Shown here piece by piece: positions 1 through 13,800 of a stretch of DNA of 64,000 nt. A model generated the notes under the pieces. The model saw nothing but the letters and a program-made list of their open reading frames with translations, did no database searches and was not told where the DNA came from. Within the stretch, counting starts at the first letter, position 1. The number at the start of each line of letters is the position of its first letter. The DNA lies in NCBI RefSeq assembly GCF_963921235.1, contig NC_086097.1:168952001-169016000 (forward strand), in the 5' to 3' direction. The position numbers and the translations under genes are program-made. The DNA comes from Mobula hypostoma (taxonomy: Eukaryota).

Positions 1-832
1 CAGTTGATTGATAAGTTAGGCTTGTTGAATTAGTTAATAGGATTTGTCTTAACATTTTGGCCAATAAAATGCCCTGGGACATTCTGGAGGGTTCAAAGGT
101 AGTCATTTTCTGGAGAGAGTGCAGGAATTTTGGAGGAAGAAAGAAAATGGGAATGGAAATGGGAATGAGAATGGGAATGGACAACGAATAGTAGAAGTAC
201 ATGAATTTATTTGTAAGGACAGATACTACCATTGGAAAATCTTCATGCAGACAATGGTCTCACAGAGAATGTGCAGATAACTTTTAGTTAGCTAGTTATC
301 ACATGACCTTGGAGACAGTTTGACACTTTGTCCTTGGATGTTGCGTGGATATTTATTTATGTTTCGCTTGGACTGTGTTTTCAGGTAGAATTTTTCAGTA
401 CCGTGCATAAATGAAGTGATGCAAACAGGATTGACTACATAACAATGAGCTCCAAAGATTATGTGCACACTATAGGCTAATTAATATATGTGTAATGGGC
501 TTTTTAAAATTGTGTTTTTTATTTTAAAAATTTGATCAATAGGATATTAATCTTGGTTTAGACTGTTGTAAATTAAATTATTGCTTCCTGGCGAACAGGA
601 AACATGAATGGGTGTGTCAATATTCATGCAAGTAACAGTCCTATTTTCCCTTAAAGGAATATTCAAACTTTTATATTTTGTGGTTATCTGAATCACATTT
701 ACCCTAGACATGTTTGTTTATTGGAAATGGCCTTCTCATCATTATTCCCCATGCATTGTAGAGTTATCTTGCTGTTAGGTTGGATTTAAAGTGATAGCTA
801 ACTCATTACGAGTCTATGGTGACAAGGCTACA
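1..832 (+). mobile_element. LTR copy (5' end outside window), same family as the solo LTR at 6961-7877
   Basis: 1-832 aligns colinearly by eye with 7084-7877 (both start cagttgattgataagttagg; shared ttttcccctaaagga, tagctaactcattac); ends ...ggctaCA. Confidence 0.8.
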
Positions 833-1139
833 AGTACAACTTTTCAAGACTTAATAACTGATTGTTCTTGCCAAATTTTTGTCAATTTTTATGTATTTTC
901 AAAAACCTGATAATATAAGAAGGATGTACATAAATTACAATTCCATCCTTAAGAACACAAACCAGAGTGAGTATATAGCTTGGACATCAAGGCAAGATCG
1001 CACAGGATCAAACTTTAATTAAGTAATTCAACAATTTACTAAAGCATTCCAAACCTTCCTCAGCAAAACAATGCATTTGTTTAATACATTGGTGTAAGGA
1101 TTTCATTATTCCCCATGTCTGAATGAAGTATGAAGGGAA

Positions 1140-1250
1140 CAAACTGAAGATTCTGCAGATGCTGGAAAACTTGAGCAACTCTGCAAGTCAGGCAGCATCA
1201 ATGGAGGGGAATAAAGGGTCGACATCTTAGACTGAGACATTCATAATGAA
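1140..1250 (-). repeat. Degenerate PLE terminal-repeat fragment
   Basis: ttctgcagatgctggaaa...caggcagcatc...gtcgac matches the reverse complement of the PLE terminus seen at 51150-51240. Confidence 0.6.
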
Positions 1251-2469
1251 GACTTAATAGGTTTGTAAAAATAAACAACAAATCAATAGATATTAATGCA
1301 AAATGTTGGAAAATTGGGACAGGCAGCACCGGTGGTAAGGGAAACTGACTTTTGATTAGAAAACGTTTCAGATCACTGACCTTGATCTGAATTAGGAAAA
1401 GCTGGAAATCAAACATTCTTATGGAGAAAGGGGAAGAGTATAGATAGCAAATGTAATGTCTTTGGTAGGGTGGAGACCAAGAAAGAAGGAATGGCATAGT
1501 GGTGGTGATGGCAGAAAAAGGTTGATGTTGATAGCAACTGATCTGTCTGAGAAGATGAATGAGAACAGAAAGTAGAGAGAAAAAAAAACTGGAGCTGTGA
1601 TGTTAATTGTTTTTCTCCCTTCAGTACTTGCTGCCTGCGCAGCTGAATATTTCTATCATTCTTTTTCTGCAGTCTTGCTTATTAATTTTTTTTGTTCAGT
1701 TCAGAATTAAGTATTAGGGAACAGAATTGAAAATACTTATTAGGCTTGTAGAAATGTCAACTGTAATATATAAAAAAACTGCAAGGTGAATTTTACTACA
1801 GCATGATTCTCCTCACAAATGGGAAAACTTCCACAGAAATATGAAATGAATATTTTAAAGCATCAATTTTTCTTCACAAAAACACTTTGACTCACAGATT
1901 AATGACAGACATTCAATACACAAGAAGTTTGTCAACTGCACTGAAAGAACCAAAGCAAAATAAATTTTGTCCAAGGAAAACAAAGCAGGTATAATAGGTA
2001 GCTGAAACACTACTTCACATACTGTACCACTTTGCATTGTGTAATCTTTATCCCCTTGATATCACCAAAATGTTCTTGCATTTCACTTGACCAAACTATT
2101 GTTAAGAAACATATTTCAAGTCTCACTGAAAATAAATATGTGGACGGTAGGTATCATGAATGTGTTAATTTTATAAGAAAGAGTGTATAAATCTGAAGCA
2201 CTTGATATTCTGCAGTCAAGAGTTTTAAAAGACATGGTATGGAGATATTTATAGAATTTTGGAAGATGATAACAAAAGCATCCAAGGAAGTTAGCTAGGC
2301 ATCATTAAGGTGGAAAATGCTGAAGCTATAGTAAAGGTTATGACACCAAGACCAGTGTGGATCAACAGTCAGCTCACAGGGAAAAAACAAAGAGTGGGAA
2401 TAAGGTGAACCTTCTCAGGTTGGTAGGGTGTGACAAGTGGGGTCCCATGGAAATAATGCATGGGTTGTT

Positions 2470-3865
2470 ATCAGGCGGCAGTACAGTGCAATACATTATA
2501 CAAAACTGTAAATTACAGTAAGAAGTTTGTGTGTGTATATACATACATACACATATATATAATATATATATATATACATATAGTTAAATTAAATAAGTAG
2601 TGCAAAAAGAGAACATAAAAAGTAGTGAGGTAGTGTTTATGGGTTCAAAGTCCATTTAGAAAACTGATGGCAGAGAGGAAGAAGCTATTTCTGAATCATT
2701 GTGGGTGTGTCTTCAGGATCCTGTACCTCCTCCCTGATGATAGTACTGAGAAGAGGGCATGACCGGGGTGAAGGGGGTCCTTAATGATGGATGCTGCCTT
2801 TTTGAGGCATCGCTCCTTGAAATTGACCTGGATGCTGGGGAGGCTAATGACTGTGATGGAGCTGACGGAGTTTACAACATTCTGTAGCTTATTTTGATCC
2901 TGAGCAGTGCACCCTCCTCCTCTCTCACCCTCCCTGGATAACAGACAGTGATGCTGTCAGTTAGAATGCTCCCCGTGGTACATCTGTAGAAATTTGCAAG
3001 TGTCTTTGGTGACACACCAAATCTCCTCAAACTCCTATTGAAATATAACTGCAGTTGTGCAGTTGATATGTTTGGCCCAGGTTAGATCCTCAGAGAGGCT
3101 GACACCCTGAAACTTGAAATTACTCACCCTTTCCACTGCTGATCCTTCAATGAGGACTAGTGTGTGTTCCCATGCCTTACCCTTTCTGAAGTCCACAATC
3201 AAGTTTTTGTTCTTACTGATGTTGAGTGCAATGTTGTTGCTTTGACACCACTCAACCAGCTGACCTATCTCGCTCCTGCATGCCTTCTCGTCACCATCTG
3301 AAATTCTGCCAACAATAGTTGTGTCATCAGCAAATTTACAGGTGGCATTTGAGCTGTGCCTAGCCACACAGTCATGAGAGAGTAGAGCTTTGGGCTAAGT
3401 ACACGTCCCTCAGATGCAGCAGTGTTGATTACCAGTGAGGTGGAGATGTTATTTTCAATCTGCACAGACTATAGTCTTCCAGTGAGGAAGTCAAGGATCC
3501 AGTTGCAGAGGGAGGTACAGAGGCCCAGGTTTTGGATATTTTTATCAGAACTGTAGGAATGATTGCATTTATGAGCTGTAGTCAATAGACAGTAGTATGA
3601 TATAAATATTAGTTTTGTCCACGTAATCCAAGGCCGTGTGAAGAGCCAATGAGATCATATCTGCTGTTAACCTATTACGGCGAAGGTAAATTGTAGTGGG
3701 TCCAGATTTTTGCTTAGGCAGGAGTTGATTCTGGCTATGACCAACCGCTCAAAACACTTCACACTGTAGATGTGAGTGCAACTGGGCGATAGTAGTTGAG
3801 GCAGCTCACCCTGCTGTTCTTGGGCACTGGTATGATTGTTGCCCTTTTGAAGCAGGTGGGAACTT
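2470..3865 (-). mobile_element. Rex1/Babar-type LINE, 3' fragment (decayed RT)
   Basis: ORF 3035-3367 [13 protein letters not shown]...VEWCQSNNIALNISK...IVDFRK; homologous to 30540-32940. Confidence 0.8.
2527..2582. repeat. (TG)n/(TA)n/(TACA)n microsatellite
   Basis: tgtgtgtgtatatacatacatacacatatatataatatatatatatatacata. Confidence 0.85.
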
Positions 3866-5324
3866 AAGCTATGCTAAATAGAAAGCTACAAGCAATTCTA
3901 AAGAATGGAATAAAGGCAGTTGGGAGGTAAAATCTTAACTCAGAATATCAATTAGTAGAATCAGCTTTGGTGGAGCCAAAGAACAGCTTCTGACAATGTG
4001 AAAAAATGCCCTGTTCATAAAAAGCAGGACAGGTAGAATCTAACTATAGTCCAGTCAGTCTCATATCAAACATCAGCAAGATGATGGAAGTTGTCAACAC
4101 AACTTTTAAGTGGTACCAACTCATTAATAACCCACTGATGCCTGCACTGTGGCTAACCAGGATCACTCAGCTCCATACTTCAGTAGAGGTTAAATCAAAG
4201 AGCTGAATTTTAGTGATTAGATTCAATTACCTACCCTTGATATCAAGGCAACTTTCAATCAACTGTAGAATCAAGATGCCCTGATAAAACTGAAGTCAAT
4301 AGGCACCCAGTAATTGGAGTCATGTGTCATACAAAGGAACATGGCTGTGGTTGATAAATGTAATCATCACTGCTGTAGAACATCACAGCAAGTCCTCCTT
4401 CCGGTGGAAGATCAGAAATGGGGATATTAAATTATGATTATAAATGAGACAACAGGTTCCTGGACCAGCTTCACTCACCTTAGTGCTGAACTGGCTCTGT
4501 TTCTGTGGACTCACTTTCAGGGACTCTGCAGTTAATGCTCTTTGTGTTATTTGTTTATTTTTTATTGTTTGCGTGACTTGTTTTCTTTTAATGCACATCG
4601 GGTGTTTGATGGAGTTTGTAGTATGGGGATTTTAATGGGTTCTATTGTGTGCCTTTGTTTTGTGGATGCCTGCAAGAAGACGAATCTCAAGGTTGTACAC
4701 AATATACATATTCAGATAATAAATGTACTTTGAACTTTGACCAGACAATGTTCAATTCCATTTACAACTCCTCAGTAAACAAAACAATCCAAGTCTGCAA
4801 GCAGCAAGACCTAGACAACATTCAGCCAAGGGCTGAAACATTGCAAGTAACATTCACAAACACGACAAAATCCGCAGATGCTTAAATCCAAGCAAAACAC
4901 ACGTTCATGTAATATACATGTCACTAGCGTGCAATACAGTAAACATCTCCAACAAGAGAGACATTAAAAAACATTACCACGCTGGGACCCCATTATCAAT
5001 TTACCTCCGTCACTCCTTTCTTTCCCCTAGCTGGAAAGCACAGGTCGGGAGCAATATGGAACACGAGATGCAGCACCAACAACTTTCATGAACCTTGACA
5101 GTTTATTTGGTACCTCATTCACCACATTCACCTTTTCCGCTACCAGCTCACAATGTACTAACTGCAAAATACACTGCAGTTACTTTCCCAGCCTTTTACA
5201 ACACCGTCTTAATGCATGATGACTACCACCAAGAGGGATAAGTGTACTGGCGCTATGGCAGCATGCTGATTGTAAATATATTGCCTGATTTTCATCATCA
5301 CTGGGTCTAGCACATGGAATTTCA

Positions 5325-6310
5325 GAATCAAACTCAAGTTTAATATCACTGGCCTATGTCATGAAGTGTGGCAGCAGTACATTACAATACATAATTTAAA
5401 ACAAATTACAAATTTATATATAAAAAAAATAAATAGTGCAAAAAGAGAACAAAAAGTGAGATCGTGTACGTACATGAGCTCATTGTTCACTCGGAAAGAT
5501 GATGATGGTTGGGAAGTTGTTCCTAAAACATTAAGTGTGTGTCTTCAGGCTCCTGTACCTCGTCCTTGTTTGCAGCAATGAGAAGAGGGCATGTCCTTGA
5601 AGTTGGAGGGATCTTTAATGATGGATGTTGCCATTTGAGGCATTGCCTTTTGAATGCTGGAGTGGCTAGTGCACATGATGGATATGGCTGAGTCTACAGC
5701 TTTTTCTGACCCTGTGCAGTGGTCCCTCCATACTAGATGGTGATGCAACCAGTTAAAATGCTTTCCACTGTACGCCTGTAGAAATTTTTGAGAGTCTTTG
5801 GTGACATACCAAGTCTCTTCAAACTCTTAATGAAACATAGCCTCAGTCATGCCTTTGTAATTGCATCAATAGTTTGGGCCCAGGATAGATCCTCAGACAC
5901 GCTGACACCCAGGAACTTGAAACTGCTCACCTTCTCCACTGCTGATTCCTCAATGAGGACTGGTGTGTGTTCCCTTCCTGAAGCCCACAATCAACTCCTT
6001 GGTCTTAATGACATTGAGTGCAAAATTGTTGTTTTGGCACCAGTCAACCAGCTGATCTATCTCACTCCTGTATGCCTCCTTATCGCCTTCTGAAATTTTT
6101 GCCAACAATAGTTTTATCATCGGCAAATTTATAGATGGTGTTTGAGCTATGCCTAGCTACATCATTTTGGGTGTAAAGAGAGTACAGCAGTGGGTTGCTG
6201 TGAATTTATGACTGTGAATTTCATTCATGTGGTTTCAACTTGCAGGAAGTAATGGCCTGCAAGCCCTACCAGAGCTGACGATTCCGTCTCTAACTTCAAT
6301 CAGAATTGGG
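5325..6310 (-). mobile_element. Rex1/Babar-type LINE, 3' fragment
   Basis: Same motifs as 2470-3865 and 16053-17490 (cccaggatagatcctcag, aacttgaaactgctcac, tcatcggcaaatttatagatgg). Confidence 0.75.
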
Positions 6311-6797
6311 TTTTTTTTTGCTGCTATGTGACAGCACTGTTAGAGCACCTTCACCAAAAGTTCAAGGCAATGACCAGTGACTCAGCGACAGGTCTTCAAG
6401 GGCAAGCAGAGTTGATGAATACTTGACTTAGCAGTATTAGCATGAAGGTTCAATTCATGAGGTATATATAAGAAATGGTTCTTCTAAATGGGTACCTTGA
6501 ACTAACGAAGGGGTAGTTATTGTAGATCCAGGATTGTGTAACAAGAAGGAATTGATTGATTGATCAGGCTATTCAAGGGCCTTTAGGGAAGATGCATTGA
6601 CAATACAATAGTTTCATATATATATATATTAGAAGTGAATTAGTTTAAAATGAAGCCAGGATCTTACATTTGAATAAAGAAAACTATGAAAGCACAAGCC
6701 CTGAAGTATGAGTTGGCTATGTTTTATTGGGTGACAGTCAACAAACAATGAGAATCAATGGCTAATCATTAAGGAATTAACATACAAGGTGCAAGTA

Positions 6798-8453
6798 CAG
6801 ATTGAGTACTGGTTATCTGAAATTCCAAAATCCAAAAATCACCAAAATCTGAAGTTTTCTGAGTACTGTCCTGACATGATGTCACAAATGGAAAATTCCA
6901 TAAGGCGCTGAGAAGGTTCCCAGGCAATGCACAGATAATTCTAAGAAGTAACCTTACATATGTAATACCCCTGGTTGAAGATCATGCTTTATTTTATTAA
7001 TAATGTTGTTGAATATTTTATTTTCTGCACATTTTCTCAAAATGTCATGTGTTCCTTTAATTATATTAAACAATCAAATAATTCAGTTGATTGATAAGTT
7101 AGGCATGTTGAAATGGCCAATAGGATTTGTCTTGTTAACATTTGGCCAAAAAGATGCCTCAAAACATTCTAGAGGGATTGGGGTAGCCATTTTCTGGAGA
7201 GAGCTGGAAGAGGAAGGAGAGAGACAAAAGAATGGAGACGGATGACAAACATGAGTGAAGAACATGGTGGAATGCTCACAGAACCCATTTGGAAGGACAG
7301 ATACTGCTGTTGGAAAATTCTCACACAGACAATATTCTCATGGAGAACGTACAGCTAACCTTTAGTTAGCTAGTTATCATATGACCTTGGAGAAAGTTCG
7401 ACATCTTGTCCTTGGATGTTTGGCTTGGACTGTGTTTTCAGGCAGAACTGTTCGCTATCATGAGTAAACGAAGTGAAGCAAATCAGATCGACTATGAGTG
7501 CCAATGAGCATCAACAATTATGTGCATACTATAGGCTAATATATATGTAATGGCACCTTTTCTTTATTTTGGTTGTTATAGCTTAAAATATTTTGTGAAA
7601 ACAATTTCAATTTAAGTTTATACTGGTGTGATTTAAATTATTGCTTCCTGGCGAAAAGTAAATTTGCTAGAGTGTGTCAATGTTCACATAAGTGATAGCC
7701 TCATTTTCCCCTAAAGGAACATTCAAGCTTTTATGTGTTGTGTTTACCTGAATCATATTTACCCTAGACATGTTTTTTATCGGAAATTGCCTTCTCATCA
7801 TTATCGAGTTATGCAGCTGTTAGGTTGGATTCATAGTAATAGCTAACTCATTACAAGCCTACAGTGAGAGGGTCACACATATGTAATGAGCAGAAGTTAT
7901 GAAAAATGGAAAAGCAATTCTTAAAGAGGAAAATGAAGATCTCGATCGTGTACTGAAAGAGTGGATTTATCAGCGTTGTACTGAACATGCATTGGTTAAC
8001 AGTAAGCTGATCAAGAAAAAGGGAAAGGTCCATCACGATGAACTGAAAATTGAAGGTAATTGTTTCATGCACAAAATTATTAAAAATATTATATAAAACT
8101 AGCCCATCCCATAAAAGATGCTTTGGAACAGGCAGCTGTTTGAAATTGATGGCAGATATGAAGCCCTTCGAAGCACTGAAACCCAGTAATAGATGTGGTT
8201 AGGATCAGTCATTCAACTCCGACAGTCTGTGGAGGACCCAGCTCCATCACATCAGACTGAGTTCTGACTGCAAACTGTTCACTCTGCGAGCTTCACACCA
8301 GCTATACGTAAGTTGTATGTGTAATGTAAATGAACTTTGTGTTAAGAATTGGGTCCCATTCCCAAGGTACATATCTCATTATACAGTTGCAAATATTCTA
8401 AAATCCAAAATCCTTCAGGCCCTTAGGATTTTGGATAAGGGATGTTCGACCTG
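6798..8453 (+). mobile_element. pogo/Tigger DNA transposon derivative (Tigger4/Zombi-like), interrupted by a solo LTR
   Basis: Imperfect TIRs cagattgagtactggttatctgaaat / attttggataagggatgttcgacctg; TA at the left flank; ORF 7899-8096 (NEDLDRVLKEWIYQR...HHDELKIEGNC) resembles a Tigger CENP-B-type HTH. Confidence 0.8.
6961..7877 (+). mobile_element. Solo LTR inserted in the Tigger derivative
   Basis: TGtaa...tcaCA termini; 4-bp TSD cata at 6957-6960 and 7878-7881; second copy at 1-832. Confidence 0.85.
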
Positions 8454-8629
8454 CATCTTTAAAGCAAAAAAAAAACGGGAACTGAGGTCCAGCCATGGCT
8501 ATCAAGAGAAGTTACTGTAAATATAGCATTAGATCAAAGAAAATAACTTACAATCCTAACAGGAAAAAAAATCAGTGGGCATAAGAATTGGGAAAATTTC
8601 AGCAAAGGTCAGAAAAGACATTGAATACA

Positions 8630-9960
8630 GAATATAGAACATGACAGCATAGTATGGACCCTTTGGCCCACGATGGTGTGCTGAACTAAATAAATCTACC
8701 CCATGGTTAATCTAATCCTTCCATCCTACACAGCCTATAGCCCTCCATTTTTTCTTACATCCATGTGCCTATCTAAGAGTCTCTTTAATGTCTCTGTTGC
8801 ATTAGCCTTCACTACCACCTTTCAGCAGTGCGCTCCAGACACCTGCATAAAAAATCTACCTCTGATATCTCCACTAAATTTTCCTCCACTCATGTAAATG
8901 GAAATCCTCTGGTTTTGGCCAATGCCGCCTAGGGAAAAAGGCACTGGTTGTCCACACTATTTATGCCTCTCATAATTTTATACATCTCTATTAAGTTGCC
9001 TTTCATCCTCCTTTGATCAAAAGAGAAAAGCCCTAGATCACTCAACCTTTCCTCTTAAAACATATTCCCTAATCCAGGCAGCATCCTGGTAAATCTCCCC
9101 TGCACTTTTTTTTATAGCTTCCACATCCTTCCTATGATGAGGTGATCAGAACTGAACACAACACTCCAAGTGTGGTCTAACCAGAGTTTCTTCGCAGCTC
9201 TTGAACTCAATCCCCCAACTAAAGAAGGCCAATACATCATATGCCTTCTTAATAACCTTATCAACTTGTTCAGCAGCTTTGAGGGATTTATGGACTTGGA
9301 CCCCAGATCCCTTTCTTCCTCCACATTGCTAAAATTCATACCATTAGCCTCCAAGTTCAACCTTCCAAAGTGTATCACTTCACACTTTTCTGGATTGAAT
9401 TCCATCTGCCACTTCTCCGCCCAACTCTGCATCCTGTCTATATCTTGTTGTAACCTACAATAATCTTCTTCTCTATCTATAACACCATTAACTTCTATGT
9501 TATCTGCAAACTTACTAATCCACCCCTTCACTTCCTCATCTAAATGATTTCCAAAGATCACAAAGAGTAAGGAGTCTAGAACATATCCCTGTGGAACACC
9601 AATAGTCATCAGCCTCTAGACAAAATGTGCTACATTTACTCCCATCCACTAGTTTTGTGGGCAAGTTAATTCTGAATACATGAAGTCACGTTTCCATGAA
9701 TCCCCTGCATCATGACTTTCTGAATGAGTCTACACCAGGCAACCTTGTCAAATGTTTTACTTCATCTATGTACACCACATCCACCGCCTACTTTCATCGA
9801 TTAGTTTTGACACCTTCTCACAAAGCCATGATGCTAATAAGACTATATTTCTCCAAATCTCATAAATCCTGTCCCTAAAAATCCTCTTCACCACGGACTC
9901 ACTAGTCCACTGTATAATTCCCAAGATTATCCTTATCACTTTTCTTGAATATTGATGAGG
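8630..9960 (-). mobile_element. CR1 LINE 3' fragment (RT)
   Basis: ORF 9112-9609 GVPQGYVL...ISKFADNIEV...LQQDIDRMQSWAEKWQMEFNPEKCEVIHFG. Confidence 0.85.
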
Positions 9961-10509
9961 CAAGTGACAGAAGACTCTGATGAGCGTCAAGCAAGAACCA
10001 TAAAACATTTCAAGAACTTCTGCAGATGCAAGGAAAGGAAAATATCAGCAGGCGTTACTGTAGAAGTTTTACAAAGATAGGAAACATTAAATTGCAAGTA
10101 AGGAAATAGCAGAAAAATGAATCAAATACCTGTGCCCATCTTCATGGGAAATGCAGGAAACCTCTGGGCAATAGTGAAAGACAACAAATCCAAAGTTGTA
10201 GAAGAGCTCAACGCTATTAGTCACAGTAAAAATTTAGTACTGAAGAAATTAATGGGACTGGAAGGTAATTCCCAGCATATGCTAACCTGTATCCTAGGGT
10301 TTTAAAGACAATGAATTTGAAGTTAGTGGATGCACTGGTTGTCAAATCCCAAAATCCCATTAATTACAACTGGAGAGAAAATACTGGAAACTATGGATGA
10401 TCCAAAATCTTCAGATGTTGGAAATTTGAAATATAAATAGAAAATGGTGCAAATACCCAAAATTTCAGGCAGCATCTGTGGACAGAGTAACAGTTCACGT
10501 TTGACTGGA

Positions 10510-10810
10510 ATCTATATTTTATTTACAGTATATACTCTATGTCGAGGTCCTTGCTAGGCAGGAATTGATTCTGGCCATGACCAAAATCTCAAAGCACTAG
10601 TTCACAGTAAATATGAGTGCATCTGGGCAATAGTTGTTCACACAGCTAAGCCTGCTCTTCTTGGGCACATCATGATTGTCACCCTTCTAAAGCAGGTGGA
10701 GACCACCAACTACAGCAGAGAGAGATTGACAATATCCGACCAGTTGGTTGCCACAGGTCTTCAGTGCCCTACCAGGCACCCCATTATAGCCTGACACTTT
10801 GCGAGGGTTC
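10510..10810 (-). mobile_element. Rex1/Babar-type LINE fragment
   Basis: Homologous to 17080-17365 (ggcaggaattgattctggccatgacc, ttgcgagggttca). Confidence 0.6.
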
Positions 10811-13800
10811 ATTGTGTATTTAATATTTCAGTAATATTTCAGTGATCTTGTATATATACTTGCTGATTAAGCTATCTTGTTCATTTATATACAGGTGTAC
10901 CCTGCTTTTCAAACGTTCGCTTTACAAAACCTCACTGTTATGAAAGACCTACATTAGTACCCTGTTTTCACTTTCAGAAGGTGTTTTCACTGTTACGAAG
11001 AAAGGCAGCGTGCGCCCCTGAGCAGCCACTCTGCCCCAGATTCGGAACAGCATTGCTGAAACATGTTGCATTGAGCAGCCGTTAGCAAGATGAGTTCCAA
11101 GGTGTCGGAAAAGCCTAAAAGAGCTCGTAAGGGTGTTACACTTAGGGTAAAACGAGACATAATTAAGCGTTTCGATCGTGGTGAACGAAGCAAGGACAAA
11201 GTGAGTTTGGCTTGTGGAAGCTGACGAAGATGATGTTGAAGAGGTTTTGGTGTCCCATGACCAAGAACTGATAGATGAGGAGCTGATGCAATTGGAAGAG
11301 GAAAATATAACAATCGAAACCGAATGCAGAAAGTGAAGCAACTGCGTGAGATTTTCGCTGCAATGATAAAGTACGACTTTAATTTTGAAAGGGCACTTAG
11401 GTTTAGGGGATATTTGCAGGATGGTTTGAGTGCTTACAAACAACTGTATGATAGAAAAATGCGTGAGGCTCAGCAGTCAAGCAAGCCCTCCACATCAGCC
11501 ACAGCAGATGACGAACCTCGACCTTCGACATCGAGGCAGGCAGTCATAGGAGAAGATGAGCTGCCTGCCCTGATCGACGATGAGATGACACCCCTGTGTC
11601 CCACCACCCCAACACCTGGGCCCCGGACGGATACTGTACTGATTCGCGAAGAACGCAGCGGTAGCTGGGAAGCACACACCACATCTTTAAGAAGAAAGCC
11701 GAAATAAACATGCTAATTAATTAGGTGCCACCTAGCACGTAATTGTCGGCCCAGATCAGTGCCAATGCAATCAGCAATCACCTCTGACCTGCGCCGACAT
11801 TTACCTGCCGGGCAGCACCTAATTAATTAGCTTGCTTATTTCAGATTTTTTCTTAAAGATGTGCTGTGTGCCTCCCAGTTACCCCTGCCTGCTTTGCGGC
11901 AATATATCAGTCGGCAGCCTGGAGGGTGGGGGCCACTGCACCACCCAAACTCCAACGACTCAGTCTAACACACCATCATCAGTGTGCTCAATGTCTTCCC
12001 AATTCCCGTAAGTGATACTACACTGTACATACATTATTTCTACTTTATATAGGCTGTGTATTTTTACGTGTTATTTGGTAGATTTGGCAGCTTCATAGTT
12101 TAAAGGTTACTGGAGAGAGTGTTTTTGCCAACAGCGCTTGCGTGAGATTTTCGCTTCAGAGAACAGTGCTGGCAATGATTATGGAAAAGTATTTCTACTT
12201 TATATAGGCTGTGTATTTATCATATCATTCCTGCTTTTACTATATGTTACTGTTATTTTAGGTTTTATGTGTTATTTAGCATGATTTGGTAGGTTATTTT
12301 TGGGTCTGCGAACGCTCACAAAATTTTCCCATATAAATAAATGGTAATTGCTTCTTCGCTTTACGACATTTCGGCTTACGATCCATTTCATAGGAATGCT
12401 CTACCTTCGGATGGCGGGGGAAACCTGTAATTCATCATGGGTTATATGTCTAAATACATGATTTGCATATGTCATCATGCTACCATGCCTTGCTTGAAGC
12501 AAAAATGAAATACACGACTTATGTCCCAACTCTCTTGTTTTCCTTTGAATTAGCTTAAAGTTTTGAAGTTACAAAACTTAACGGTGGCGACAAGATATTT
12601 TTAAAACAAACCTGGTACAATTGTTGACCTGCTGAAGCGCAGAAACACGCAACGAGGAACAAGTGAAAAAAAGCGCAGCACAGCACATGCAAACACAGTT
12701 GAGTTTATTAAAAAAGGGCAGAAAATAGAAGAATTCATGTGTTCAAAAACATTGAGCACTGGGTGATAATAGTTATTAAAAAAAAGAGCAGAAATGGCTG
12801 GCTACATCAGAAAGATAGACTCATTTGATTGCTCAATGGGTAACTGGTTCATATATACTCAGCTAATTGAACAGTATTTTGAAGGAAATGAAATAGCCAA
12901 TGAGAAATAAGTACCAATTTTGCTGAGTGCATTGGGTTTAAAGTTTGCTTCAAAGTTTGACTGCTCCAACCAAACCAGCTGAAATGAGCTTTGCTGATAT
13001 AGTAAGTAATGCAAGGAACATCTAGAACCAAAAACATTGTTGATTGCAGAACACTTCAGGTTTTGTAAGTGGAATCAAGAAGAAGGGGAGTCCATGGGTG
13101 AATTGAAGATGTTGTCTTAGCAATGTCATTTCAGTGACGGGCTTAATGATGCATTGAGTGATTGTTTAGTTTGTGGAATCTTATAAGAAAGAATTCAAAA
13201 ATGGCTCCTAACCGAAAAAAAACTGAAATTTAAAAGAGCAGTTGAAATTGCTGTTTAAATGGAAACCGTAGACAGAGACACAATTGAGTTGCAGTCAGAA
13301 TGAAAGTGGGGATCAGCAAAATTGTAATGTCGAAACAGAAACTGACCTGGACAAACAAATTGTTACCATTAATGTACACCTTGCATACACCAGACCAATG
13401 CAGATTTAAAGACGAAACTTGCAGAAAATGCAACAAGGTTTGACACATATAAAGAGCATGTCAGGCCAACAAAAATAAATGGACAGCACAGGGTAGAGAT
13501 AAAGACAAAAAGTCAAGTTGCAGTTTCAAAAAGAGTCCTAATCTGCATGCTGTTGATGAAAAATCTGATACTGATGAGAGTGACACTGGACTAGCTAGCC
13601 TTGAGATTTACAATGTAAAAACTAATAACAGACAAGCAATATGGCTTACACCAGAAGTGAATGGAAAATTAATTAAAATGAATTGGCTTGGCTGTTTCAG
13701 CCATTCCACAAAACAAGTTTGAGCGGCATTTCAAAGATAATGAACTGAATCCTGCAGATAATCAACTAAGAATTTATACTGGAGAAAAGATAACTCCCGT

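Noticed and set aside
1..7877. 1-832 and 6961-7877 as the paired LTRs of one retroelement
   Set aside because: The second copy has its own TSD (cata) and lies inside a Tigger element; no PBS, gag or pol lies between them
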